Positions 53,443 through 64,000 of a stretch of DNA of 64,000 nt are shown piece after piece. The notes under the pieces are model-generated. The model was not told the DNA's origin. It saw only the letters and a list, made by a program, of their open reading frames with translations, and did no database searches. The stretch comes from Felis catus (lineage: Eukaryota). A program made the translations under genes and the position numbers. The stretch covers positions 218,366,001-218,430,000 of the forward strand of contig NC_058368.1 in NCBI RefSeq assembly GCF_018350175.1. Reading direction: 5' to 3'. The number at the start of each line of letters is the position of its first letter. The stretch's first letter is position 1.

Positions 53443-56180
53443 GGGAAGTGTGGACATGGAGGTGCATGACGATTGGCTACCGGGAGGAACTGGAGGGAAG
53501 CCAGTAGCAGGCAAACTGCAGAGAGGCTTCTAGCTCCTGTGAGTGAGGAACCATTATCCTTATGGGCCACCATCCAGGAAGTAGACTGTAAAGGAAGAAA
53601 CTACTGGGGTTGCTTGGGAGGAACCGAGATTCTAGGTAAGGATTCACTGAACTTTTGTGGCATGTGTTGACAAGAGGGTTTCAGAGGTTTTAGTCAATTA
53701 ACCTGACATAGCTAATGTCTCTGCTGAGCCAGACTGTTCGTGGTGTGGAAGAAAGTGGCCCAGATTGAGCGAACCTCAGGTCTTCTGAAAATAGTCCATC
53801 TGAAAAGGCCAGTCTCTGTGCCCTTTTTCCATGGCGACCTCTAGGATGAGCTGATGCTATAGTGGCTTATCATGGCCCAGTGGACAGTGTGGCTTATAAG
53901 TCATGAACTGGGAATTTGACTTTTCAGCACCCTGAGATTCTCTGTATGGTATCCAACTGCTGGAAAATGAGCCAAAGTCCTCACTGGAGCACATTATATG
54001 CCTATTCTGAAGATGGTAACCTTTCTTAAAACACTACTCTTTGAACTTACATTATTGAATGATAAGGACTTCATAGAGACATGATAGCTGTTCACACATT
54101 ATAAAACATGTGTCTAGGGTCTCCTAGTAGGAGGTGGAGAACTCTTGCAAGTTGCTGCTTTTCTGAAGAATAACATGACATATGCTTTGGTCCACTAGTT
54201 GGACAAGCTTTATCCCCTCAAAATTATTGTAATTTCACAAGATTTGAACTTATTTTGGGGGCAAAAGATTTTCTTTACATGGGTCAAAAAAAGGACACAG
54301 AGCTAAATACAGAATTGAACCAACTGCTGGATTTACTTCTATAAGCTTGTCCATTTGGAATTTAGTTAGATGCCAACTTAAAGAATTCATTGGATAGTAT
54401 TAATTTTGCTTCTGTGACACATCCACAAAAACATCCATCCTGGAAAGTTAGAACATACAAAGGAAAACCTCAAGTTTCTATCACTGAAAAGGTAAAATCC
54501 ATGCATTATGATAAACAAGATATAGCAGATACGGGGCAAGTCGTTGGAACTATCACTTGTAAGTGTCATTTAGAAGGAATCATGCAAGGGCCTCCTGGGT
54601 AACCCAGTGAAGTGACTGATTGGCTCAGGTCACAATCTCACAGTCAGCTGTGGAATCAAGCTCCATGTTGGGCTCTGCTCTGACAGTGTGGAGCCTGCTT
54701 AGGATTCTCTCTCTCCCTCTCTCTCTGCTCCTCCCCTGTTTTCAGGCACACATGCTCTTTCTCAAAATAAAAACATAAACGTTAAAAATTTTTTAGAAGA
54801 AATCATGCCAAATGTTACCATCAGCTTGGGTCTTTCCACCAATGGATCTCCACTTCAGATTATTCTAGTTCATCCTTGTGTGACTTCTCTGGACTCTGCC
54901 ATTCTTCTACTAGCATTGATGTAATGGATGATTCTGTACTTAGTGGACCTTACAAATTTCCATTCACTCCTCCTTTAGAGTCATTCAGCTTATGCTACTA
55001 TACTCACAGGTCCCTGTCCCACCAGTTTTGGGTTTTTATCAAATGGAATAGGAAGAAGTACAAGTAAAAATAGCAATTAATTTTAAAACTTCATGAAAGT
55101 GTGAAAAATAATTTTGAATTCTGTACAGCTCCTATACCTTATCATAATAGAATTCCAATCACACATGTGAAATGCAAAGTTGGTTTTGGCCAGCTTGAAG
55201 TGTTTTGAAAGAAAAGTTTATTGATGTGGATTATTGAACACAAGTTCCCCAAATCAATGGAAATTAGTGTTTCTGGAACTGTAACTTTGGGAGCCAAGAA
55301 TCATGAGAAGCAGCCATTTGACCATATTTGCATTGAAGGCACAGCATATTTAAAGCTTCATTTCACAATCTTAGATTACACATTCACTGGTTGTTATGTG
55401 GATAAGAATTCAGTTTAAGTTTGTGCATCAGTAAAACCAAAAGTAAGTACATACCAGAAACTAACTTCTTCAATGACATCTGGAATTCTGAAACTTCTGC
55501 TCTAGTCACATAAGGATCATTACTACTATAATTATCTTATACTTAAATAGGATTTATATAACGGTAACATAGTTTAAAATAATAATAGTCTTTTATTTTT
55601 AATGCATATGCATATAACCCTTGAGTAAAAAACATCATATGAATGATTTAATTATAATAACACTTAAGTTTAATGTTTTTAGTCTGACATAGTTTGAAAG
55701 AACATTTTAAAGACTAATGTCTATTTTGCTACTCTTTGATTTTACTCAAATATGATCCAGGGCACAAAACAGGAGCTATTCATTTTAGGCTTATCTTAGA
55801 CTAGTCCTGGATCACCCTTCCCTTCCCTATGGTAGATGTAGCTAATCAGTCACAGCCTTCTTTCTCTACTGAGTCTTCCTGGATATGGGCTCAGGCTCCT
55901 TATCATTGCAGAACTGAAGGCAGTCACTCCTGATGGATTGTAGATGATGCGCAAGATAAACTCTTTGCTCTTTCAAACCTGAGTAGTAAGCTCCTAGCAC
56001 AATGTGTTGTTACAGATTACCAGATACCATATCAGAAACCACTGTAAATCTCTTGAAAAAAAAGTCAATTAAAATGAAGGAATATTGTTTAAACAGGAAC
56101 ATGTTCTTAATCAAAATCATCTTCTTGACTAATAAAGAATTGCATAATTCAAAAAAAATTAAAAATAAATAAAAATAAAA
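53443..56180 (+). pseudogene. AP5M1: Processed pseudogene of adaptor protein complex 5 mu subunit (AP5M1/MUDENG), apparently the whole mRNA
   Basis: ATG at 53872 gives MAQWTVWLISHELG (AP5M1 N-terminus MAQRAVWLISHEPG). ORF-track fragments [60 protein letters not shown] and [32 protein letters not shown] also match. C-terminus ...VT*GSLLL* ends at 55531. No introns; AATAAA at 56131-56136; A-rich tail from 56151; first stop at codon 16 (53917-53919). Confidence 0.93.
54587..54794 (+). mobile_element. Can-SINE inserted in the AP5M1 retrocopy coding region
   Basis: TSD agaaggaatcatgc (54572-54585) / agaagaaatcatgc (54795-54808). The AP5M1 reading (LEGIM | PNVTISL) continues across it. Confidence 0.93.
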
Positions 56181-56610
56181 TAAGGACAGAGGACTTGAAC
56201 ACACTTTGATTTTTCAAAAAAGACCTACAGATGGCCAACATATCATGAAAAGATGCTCAACATCAGGAAATGCAAATCAAAACCAAAAAGAGATATCACC
56301 TTATACCTGTCAGAATGCCTAAAACCAAAAAGATTAATAATAAATAATAACAGTTGGAAAGGATGTGGAGAAAAAGGAACACTTATGCACTCTTGGTGGA
56401 AATGCAAATTGATGCAGCTGCTGTGGAAGACAATATAGAGATTCCTCAATAATTCAAGTAATTCTATTGCTGTGTATTTATCCAAAGAAAATGAAAACAC
56501 TTATTTGAAAAGATATATTCACACTTATGTTTATTGCATCATTGTTTACAATAGCCAAGGTATGGAAGTAACCCACGTGTCCATAGATAGATAAATGGTA
56601 AAGGAGATGT

Positions 56611-56612
<2 letters not shown>

Positions 56613-56660
<48 letters not shown>
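56613..56660 (+). repeat. (TA)n microsatellite
   Basis: About 24 perfect TA units. Confidence 0.95.
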
Positions 56661-56663
<3 letters not shown>

Positions 56664-56689
56664 TTTATATATAAATTTATATATAAATT

Positions 56690-57128
56690 TTTTAATGTTT
56701 ATTTATTTATTTATTTATTTTATTTAAAAAAATTTTTTTTCAACGTTTTTATTTATTTTTGGGACAGAGAGAGACAGAGCATGAATGGGGGAGGGGCAGA
56801 GAGAGAGGGAGACACAGAATCGGAAACAGGCTCCAGGCTCTGAGCCATCAGCCCAGAGCCTGACGCGGGGCTCAAACTCACGGACCGCGAGATCGTGACC
56901 TGGCTGAAGTCGGACGCTTAACCGACTGTGCCACCCAGGCGCCCCAATGTTTATTTATTTTTGAGAAGGGGGGAAGGGAGGAGCAGAGAGAGGGAGACAC
57001 AGAGTCTGAAATAGACCCCAGGCTCTGAACCATCAGCCCAGAGCCCTATGTAGGGCTTGAACTCACAAACCGCGAGATCATGATCCCAGCCAGTCAGACA
57101 CTCAATGGGGTGAGCCACCCACATGCCC
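56690..57128 (-). mobile_element. Young Can-SINE (~56709-56945) nested in the tail of an older Can-SINE
   Basis: TSD aatgtttatttattt at 56694-56708 and 56946-56960. The older SINE body continues from 56961 to 57128. Confidence 0.9.
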
Positions 57129-57129
57129 C

Positions 57130-57402
57130 TATCTTTATCTATATCTATATCATCTATATCTATCTATATCTATATCTATATCTATATCTATATCATCTAT
57201 ATCTATATCTATCATCTATATCTATATATCTATCATCCATATATACATATCTATCATCTATCTATATCTGTATCATCCAAATCTATATCTATTTCTATAT
57301 ATCTAAACCTATATCTATATCATCTATATGTATCTATCTATCTACTATCCATTTATATCTATATCTATATCTATCTATCTATATCTATCTATTATCTATC
57401 TA
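57130..57402 (+). repeat. Compound (TATC/TATATC)n low-complexity repeat
   Basis: About 270 bp of 'tctatatctatatcatctatatc' variants. Confidence 0.9.
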
Positions 57403-58051
57403 TGGGAATATTGTTCAGTAATAAAAAAGAGATGAGATATTACCATTAGCAACCACATAAATGGAGCTAGAAGATATTATGGTAAGTAAAATAAGTCAGA
57501 CTGAGAATGAAAAAATCACATTATTTCATTCATATGTAGAATATTAAAAAAAAAGGAATAAATAAACAAGCAAGCAAAAGCAGAATCAGCCCTATAAATA
57601 CAGAGAACACAGATGGTTGCCAGAGGGAAGGGGATGGAGAGGAGGGGTAAAATGGTGAAGGGAAGTGAGAGATACAGGCTTCCAGTTATGGAACAAATAA
57701 TAAGAAGAATAAAGGGCCCAGCACAGGAAATTAGTGATATTGGAATAGTGCTGTGTGATGACAGTAGGTGACTATACTTGTGATGAGCATAGCATAATGT
57801 ATAGAGAAGTTGTACAACTGAAACTTATGTAATGTGTGTTAACTATATATTTAAATAAAAATAAATTAAAATAAAATTAAAAAGTAAGCCATAGATATAC
57901 TCTGAAAAATATGTTGTTTGAAAGTTTTTTCCCTGACGAAAAACAACCAAAACACCAAAATAAGCACAAAATACTCCATAAGAATTTTTCAACATATAAG
58001 CTTATATATTTTTGCTTTATTTGTTCTATCAAATTATGTTATCAAGAATAA

Positions 58052-58254
58052 TGGTGTGGGTCAGTCAATTGAACATCCAACTGTTGATTTTGGCTCAGGT
58101 CATGATCCCAGCCAGGATGGTGGAATGAAACCCCGCATCAGGCTCTGTGCTGACAGCGTGGAGCCTGCTTGGGATTCTCTCTCTCCCTCTCTGCCCCTCT
58201 CCCTCTTGCACTCTCTGTATCTCTCTCAAAATAAATAAATAAACTTAAAAAAAC
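58052..58254 (+). mobile_element. Can-SINE
   Basis: 'tcagtcaattgaacatccaactgttgattttggctcaggtcatgat...ctctgtgctgacagcgtggagcctgcttgggattctc' plus a tail. Confidence 0.88.
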
Positions 58255-59403
58255 TTGCACCCTGAAAACCACAAAATATTGCTGAGAAATATTAAAGAAT
58301 GATTCAGTAAATGGAGAATTTCCATTCTATATGTATGGACTGGAAGAGCCAACATTGTCAAGGGAGCAATTCTGTGCAAATTTATATTATAAATACATTG
58401 TTTTTCAAGATCTCAACAGACATTTTTGTAGATATTGTCAAATTGAACCTAACATTTATATGGATTTAATAGGAATTATATAAATATACAGTAATCAAGA
58501 TAGTGTGTAGCTTTGGTGAAAAAACTGGTTATGTAGATCAATCAAACAGAATTGAGGGTCAGGAAATAACCTTTGCATTTTTGGTTGTATCAATCTGTAA
58601 TAGGTGTCAGGAAATGTTATCTTCAAATTGTGTTGAGGTAATTGAGCAACCCTTTGGAAAATAAATTAATTTGACACTTTATATTGTACATAAAAATTAA
58701 GTCAAAAGATGCATAAACCTAAATACAAAAACTAAACGTATAAAATGTCTAAAGTCAGTCAGAGAAAGACAAATACCATATGGCATCACTCATATGTGGA
58801 ATTTAAGAAACAAAACAGATAAAGGGGAAGGAAGAAAAAAAGAGACAGAGGGAGAGAGAAAGAGGAAGGCAAACCATAAGAGTCTCCTAATTATAAAGAA
58901 CTAACTGAGGGTTTCTGGAGGAAAGGCTGGAGGGGGATGGGCTAAATGGGTGCTGGGTATTAAGAAGGGCACTTGTTGGGATGTGTACCAGGGGTTGTAT
59001 GTAAGTGATGGGTCACTAAATTCTACTCTTGAAACAAATACTACACTATATGTTAACTAACTAGAATTTAAATAAAAACTTGAAACAAAACAAAAAGAAC
59101 ACATGGGACAAAATATCCATGGCTATGGGTTAGGCAAAGAGTTCTTAGACGAACCACCAAAGGTATGATTCTTAATGGGAAAGAAAAAATAATGACCTAT
59201 TGGACCTTCTCAAAATTAAAAACTCTGTACTTCAAAAGACAACATTATGAAAATGAGAAGATAAGCTACAGATTGAGAGAAAATGTTTACAAAACAGGTC
59301 GGATAAAGGAAACATATTCAGAGTATAAAAAGAACTGTTCAAACTTAATAATTAGATACCAAATAAACCATTAAAAATGGGCCAATGATTGAATAGACAT
59401 TTT
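58255..59403 (+). mobile_element. Ancient LINE-1 ORF2 remnant containing a younger carnivore L1 3' end (~58752-59095)
   Basis: Outer part: 'cctgaaaaccacaaaatattgctgagaaa', 'gggttaggcaaagagttcttaga', 'aaaaatgggccaatgattgaatagacattt'. Inner part: 'gtcagtcagagaaagacaaataccatatggcatcactcatatgtggaatttaagaaac...tagaatttaaataaaaacttg'. Confidence 0.75.
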
Positions 59404-60958
59404 GAATTAGGAGAGTTTTTACCTAATCACAATTTCATATATCACAAACATAATTAATTTTATTTTCCTAACATTTATGTTTCTTTTAACACCTATACAT
59501 CTTCCATTGATATTTAATTAAGCATATTTCTTGAGGTTGTATTTTTTTAAATAAAACATTATGTTATTTTAATTTGCATATGTGTGCTGTTTGGTTTCAT
59601 GGCTAGCCTATGTACCCAAAATGTTAGCTTGTATTCCTTGGTTATTTAGATAAATTATAACTTAAATTTTAAATAGACACATAAGGAGGAAGCATAATAT
59701 TTGCTTATAATGTATTATAACATTTATTGAAAATATTCTATCTCATATAGGTAGGATGTCAGAATATATTTTACTTAAAAATACCTCCTGAGTTTTTTGT
59801 TCTGATTTTTTAATAATTATAAGAGAATCTCATGGTTTATATACATCTAAATAATTATGTTTTATACGTGATTAAGGCTATGGGTTTTAATATATTTAGA
59901 AGTACACACCATGAATGTTAAAGCAGATGACAGGGAGTTATTTAATATTTTTCTAAAGTCTTAGTTCACAGTGTATAATGATCTTGAATGCAAATCAATG
60001 ATTGGTATCATTTTGATCACGTTTGTCATCATGGATATACTCCACCAACTTTTATTGTACAACAAGCAGATCACTCTTAAATGTAAATTGGTGAGAAAGT
60101 TATAAAAAATAGGTTCTAAATGAAAAAAATATATTAAAGAAAAAAAGAGAAAGAGAGAGAAAAGTTTTAAGAGCTGTAGCTGTTCCTCAGTGATGTGGGC
60201 TGCACGTTGAGGCAGATTTCTAACACATGAGGTAATAAAGAATCACGTACATTCACCTTGGAAATAGGGTAGTACAGAGTCCCAAAACTTAAATGTGTAC
60301 AGAAATTTGCATAGTGATATAAATGAAAGAATCTAGCCATAGGTAAGATTAGGAAGATGATTGATTTTTTGTAATGTCTGGTTTTCATTGAGTCATGGAT
60401 ACAGAAAATGTGCTTTTTCCTTCATAAACTATCTCCTCATGAGAAAAGCCAAAAAGGAAACCTTGGTGATTAATGGCTGACACTGGGCCTGAATGTCAAA
60501 AAATCATTGGGGAGGAGTAGATAGTAGGAAACTATCAAGTGCTGTGATCTAGCTAATAGATGGCCATTATTCAGCTCTGCCAGAGTGTTGCAAAGGGGTA
60601 AACATGTGTAAATTTGTCCTTTTTTCTTCTTTTTTTGAGAAGAGTACGAATCTCGGATATTATGTGGTATTGCATATTTGGATACAAATTTAATTAACAC
60701 ACACATTTGTGCACCAATATTTCCTTATCCAAATGAAACCTCAATTTAGGCAATATAGAGCATGCGCCTTGCCAATTTGCAACATCTAATAGTAGTGATA
60801 TCTGAATTGTATAGGCATTAAATGCTGTTGTAAAATTCTTACCATGTTGTAAATTAGATGACTATGAGTTTAAAGCATCAATGGTTGATAATGTCTAAAA
60901 CTCTCAGCATCTAGAATCTGGAAGCAATTGCTATCTCTATTTTGCAATTTCAGTTTAA

Positions 60959-61163
60959 TTTTTTTTAATGTTTATTTTTGAGAGAGAGAAAGACAGAATG
61001 AGTGTGGGAGAGGCAGAGAGAGAGGAAAACACAGAATCCAAAGCATGCTCCAGGCTCTGAACTATCAGCACAGAGCCCAAAATGGGACTTGAACTCACGA
61101 ACTTTGAGATCATGACCTGAACCTAAGTTGGACGCTTAACTGACTGAGCCACCCAGGCACCCC
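60959..61163 (-). mobile_element. Can-SINE
   Basis: Reverse body; flanks caatttcagtttaa / caaattcagtttaa. Confidence 0.92.
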
Positions 61164-62404
61164 ACAAATTCAGTTTAAAACATTAATATGGTATGTCATA
61201 TTATTTGTCAGCTATTTTTTTCTCATGTGCTTATGGAGCAGTTATCATTTTAGCGTTCCCCTAAATATTTTGTAATATATGAGTGAAGTCTACAAATTGA
61301 TACAGCATTTTTTATGACTTTGAGTAAATTATTAGGTTATTATAAGCCTCTATAAGATAAAGGACCTAAATTTATTATTTTTCCCCCAGATTCTCATTCT
61401 CAACTTTGTCAAGTATATATAGGGGAAATTAACTTTTGGAACCAGGCAAAGCATCTGTTACAGACATGAGAGTAGAGGAGAATGAGTCTCTATAGACCAC
61501 TCTTTCTATTGTTAAGTGAATGTCATAAAGAAGTCATATCCATTATACTCAAGCAATGGTGTAATTCCTGAAATAAAACTTACATCCACAGAATGAAGAA
61601 ATATTTAAGAATTGAGTATAACTAATTCAAATTTGAGGATTTTATATATTGGAATATCTTTATGTTTGCTGACTCATAATTTCAATTAAATATATATGAT
61701 AGGTGATCATCAATGTAATGATTCAATTAAAAAATGCTAGAAAAATTTCAGTTTCATAGTTATAATAAAAAAACCTATTTAATTTAATTAGGCAGCAAAA
61801 AAGACAACTGTACTTCAATGATTCCCAGCTCTACTTTTTTCAAACTGTGTTGTCAAGATAAGATATTAATACAACTGAGCTGTGTGGCTGAGTATCATCT
61901 TATACTGCACCACACAAATGCGTGATTGCTTATTTCTTAGTTCTTTTAACAAAGTAAACAAATATTTAAAATACATTTCCTCTGAAAAATTTTGCCATAT
62001 AAAAGGACAAGTAAGTTCATCAATCCACATTTCTATGTTAGTTGGTCTTAAGCTTCTTTATCACTGCCCAGTTAATTAGGCGGCCTAATAACTGTAAATA
62101 ACAGTTTTCAAAAAAGCCTTATTTTGGAATCTGGAAGGATGATCACTCTGGTCAAAGAACACTATCATACTAGAACCAGAACAAGATAGGATCGATTCAC
62201 TGGTCTGTACAGCTACAGCTTGTTGTTTAAAGTAGAGAAAGTAGAAAGTAAGAGATTTTTTTGTTTTGTTTTGTTTTTTAGTGTTCTCAAAGCTCAACAC
62301 ATTTGGCTTTAGATATAAGTTGGTCACTTTGTAATCCTATCTATTTAATTGGGGCTGCTGATTATTGCCCCACATACTTATGACAAATAAAAGAAATACA
62401 TGCA

Positions 62405-62626
62405 GGGGCGCCTGGGTGGCGCAGTCGGTTAAGCGTCCGACTTCAGCCAGGTCACGATCTCGCGGTCTGTGAGTTCGAGCCCCGCGTCAGGCTCTGGGCT
62501 GATGGCTCGGAGCCTGGAGCCTGTTTCCGATTCTGTGTCTCCCTCTCTCTCTGCCCCTCCCCCGTTCATGCTCTGTCTCTCTCTGTCCCAAAAATAAATA
62601 AAAACGCTGAAAAAAAAATTAAAAAA
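62405..62626 (+). mobile_element. Very young Can-SINE (SINEC_Fc)
   Basis: CpG-intact body 'ggggcgcctgggtggcgcagtcggttaagcgtccgacttc'; perfect TSD aaaagaaatacatgca (62389-62404 / 62627-62642). Confidence 0.97.
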
Positions 62627-63727
62627 AAAAGAAATACATGCAGTTTAGTCTTTCAGTGAGTTCCATATGAGGAAAATATATTATATGTATGCATTCTAAT
62701 ATATTTTATATTTTCAGACATTTTCTATTTAAAAATAATACTTTAAAATTCTATTCTTGAAAACTGAGATGAGGATCAGAGATTAAAATGTTTTCATGTG
62801 TGATATTATAATCAATAAAATGATGAGAAAAATGCGTAATAACTGGAAATCACCAAGAGTTGAAAGAGTATGCTTCTGCTTCTGGGTAGGCTATCAGAAC
62901 TGCAATTTATTCATTAGCCAATGTAAAAAAAAAAAAAAGTGGGATTGTTTTTTTTAAAGATACTTACTTAAATTAAGGATTTTATTACTTTGAAGTTTCA
63001 AGAGTCTGCATTTTGTTGTCTCTTGTGAGAGAAAACCCTGAGCAATAACTAAATGAAAATATCACTCAGAGCAATATTTTAAAGCCAATAATGCAAATTA
63101 TGAATGAATATGACCAAACTGTTTTTGCAACTCAAAAGAGAAAATTCTTGGCTGGGAGCAATGCAATGAAAAATATAATCAAAAAGCAAATTAATTAAGT
63201 GCTTGGAGCTTCCTTTTAGAAAAGTTTGAAAATTGCCTTGATAAGTGAATTTTATGAAATAGATGAAAACTTGGCACAGCCCCACAAGTAGATATGTGTC
63301 ATGTGTCAAAGAAGGAAGTCAGGATCCGAAATACATCACCTTAGGACATTACTTTTAAGTATGTAAATGGGTACATTTGCACATTTAAAAGTACACAAAT
63401 CATGCTTGAAAACAATAAGACAACCAAGAAGACCAAGATTAAGCTAATCTCTACAACTGGATGAAATGATGGATATCATCTATTAAACGTAATTTCCATT
63501 TTCATTTACTTTATTCATATTGGTGACTTATAAAGCTGATAATTAACAAAGTACTTTATTATTAAAAGCAAATCTTTGAAGAAAAGAAAAAAAATGACAG
63601 TTTTGGAGAATGCTGAATTAACAGGAAAAAATGAATGCCTGTATAGAGAGTTATCAATTCAGTGTGTGAAACAGTATTAACAGTCCAAGAAGTATTAACA
63701 ATATTCCCACCCCAGTTCCTTTTTATT

Positions 63728-63943
63728 CTTTCTTTACTTTACTTTTTTAAGTTTATTTATTTATTTTGAGAGAGAGAGAGTGAGCTGGGGAGGGGCAGAG
63801 GGAGAGGGAGAGGGAAAATTCCAAGCAGGCTCCGTGCTGTCAGTGCAGAGCCTGACACAAGGCTTGATCCCACAAACCCTGAGATCATGACCTGAGCTGA
63901 AATCAAGAGTCTGACACTTAACTGACTAAGCCACCCAGGTGTC
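63728..63943 (-). mobile_element. Can-SINE
   Basis: Reverse body ending 'agccacccaggtgtcc' with a T-rich tail. Confidence 0.9.
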
Positions 63944-64000
63944 CTTCTTTATTATTAATGACATAAGAGGCAAAATTTAAAAGACCCATGCCTTACATAT

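Larger units (their letters stand above)
52464..57880 (+). mobile_element. 5'-truncated older carnivore LINE-1, split by a retrocopy and SINEs
   Basis: L1 ORF2 sequence at 52464-53442 resumes at ~56181 ('ggacagaggacttgaac...acagatggccaaca') and runs through the 3'UTR to an A-rich tail at ~57853-57880. TSD aaagtaaaacatagata (52447-52463) / aaagtaagccatagata (57881-57897). Confidence 0.9.

Noticed and set aside
57080..57449. Tyr/Ile/Leu/Ser-rich ORFs of 108-113 aa
   Set aside because: Translations of the (TATC)n low-complexity repeat.
60167..62327. Minus-strand ORFs at 60167-60388 and 62085-62327 with acceptor-like pyrimidine tracts
   Set aside because: The peptides are not recognisable and no consistent exon chain can be built.

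Overview
AT-rich mammalian genomic DNA from a cat-family carnivore. The assignment rests on about 27 tRNA-derived Can-SINE/SINEC_Fc copies and felid-type LINE-1; the species cannot be determined. I found no intact protein-coding gene or convincing exon, so the window looks intergenic or deep-intronic. It contains: a full-length but inactivated ~5.9 kb LINE-1 (minus strand, ~9652-15578); a 5'-truncated LINE-1 with TSDs (29894-31743); an RPL36A processed pseudogene with an internal deletion (~23566-23890); and an apparently full-length AP5M1 (MUDENG) processed pseudogene (~53443-56180). The AP5M1 copy sits inside an older LINE-1 and is itself interrupted by a SINE. There are also several solo LTRs (MaLR/ERV1-like), MIR/MER5-type relics, microsatellites and one strong CTCF-like motif. 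I see no evidence of a novel biological system. The most notable structures are retrotransposition records: nested insertions, a target site present in three copies, and a twin-priming-type inversion. Repeat subfamily names and gene identities come from recalled consensus or protein sequences, not from database searches.
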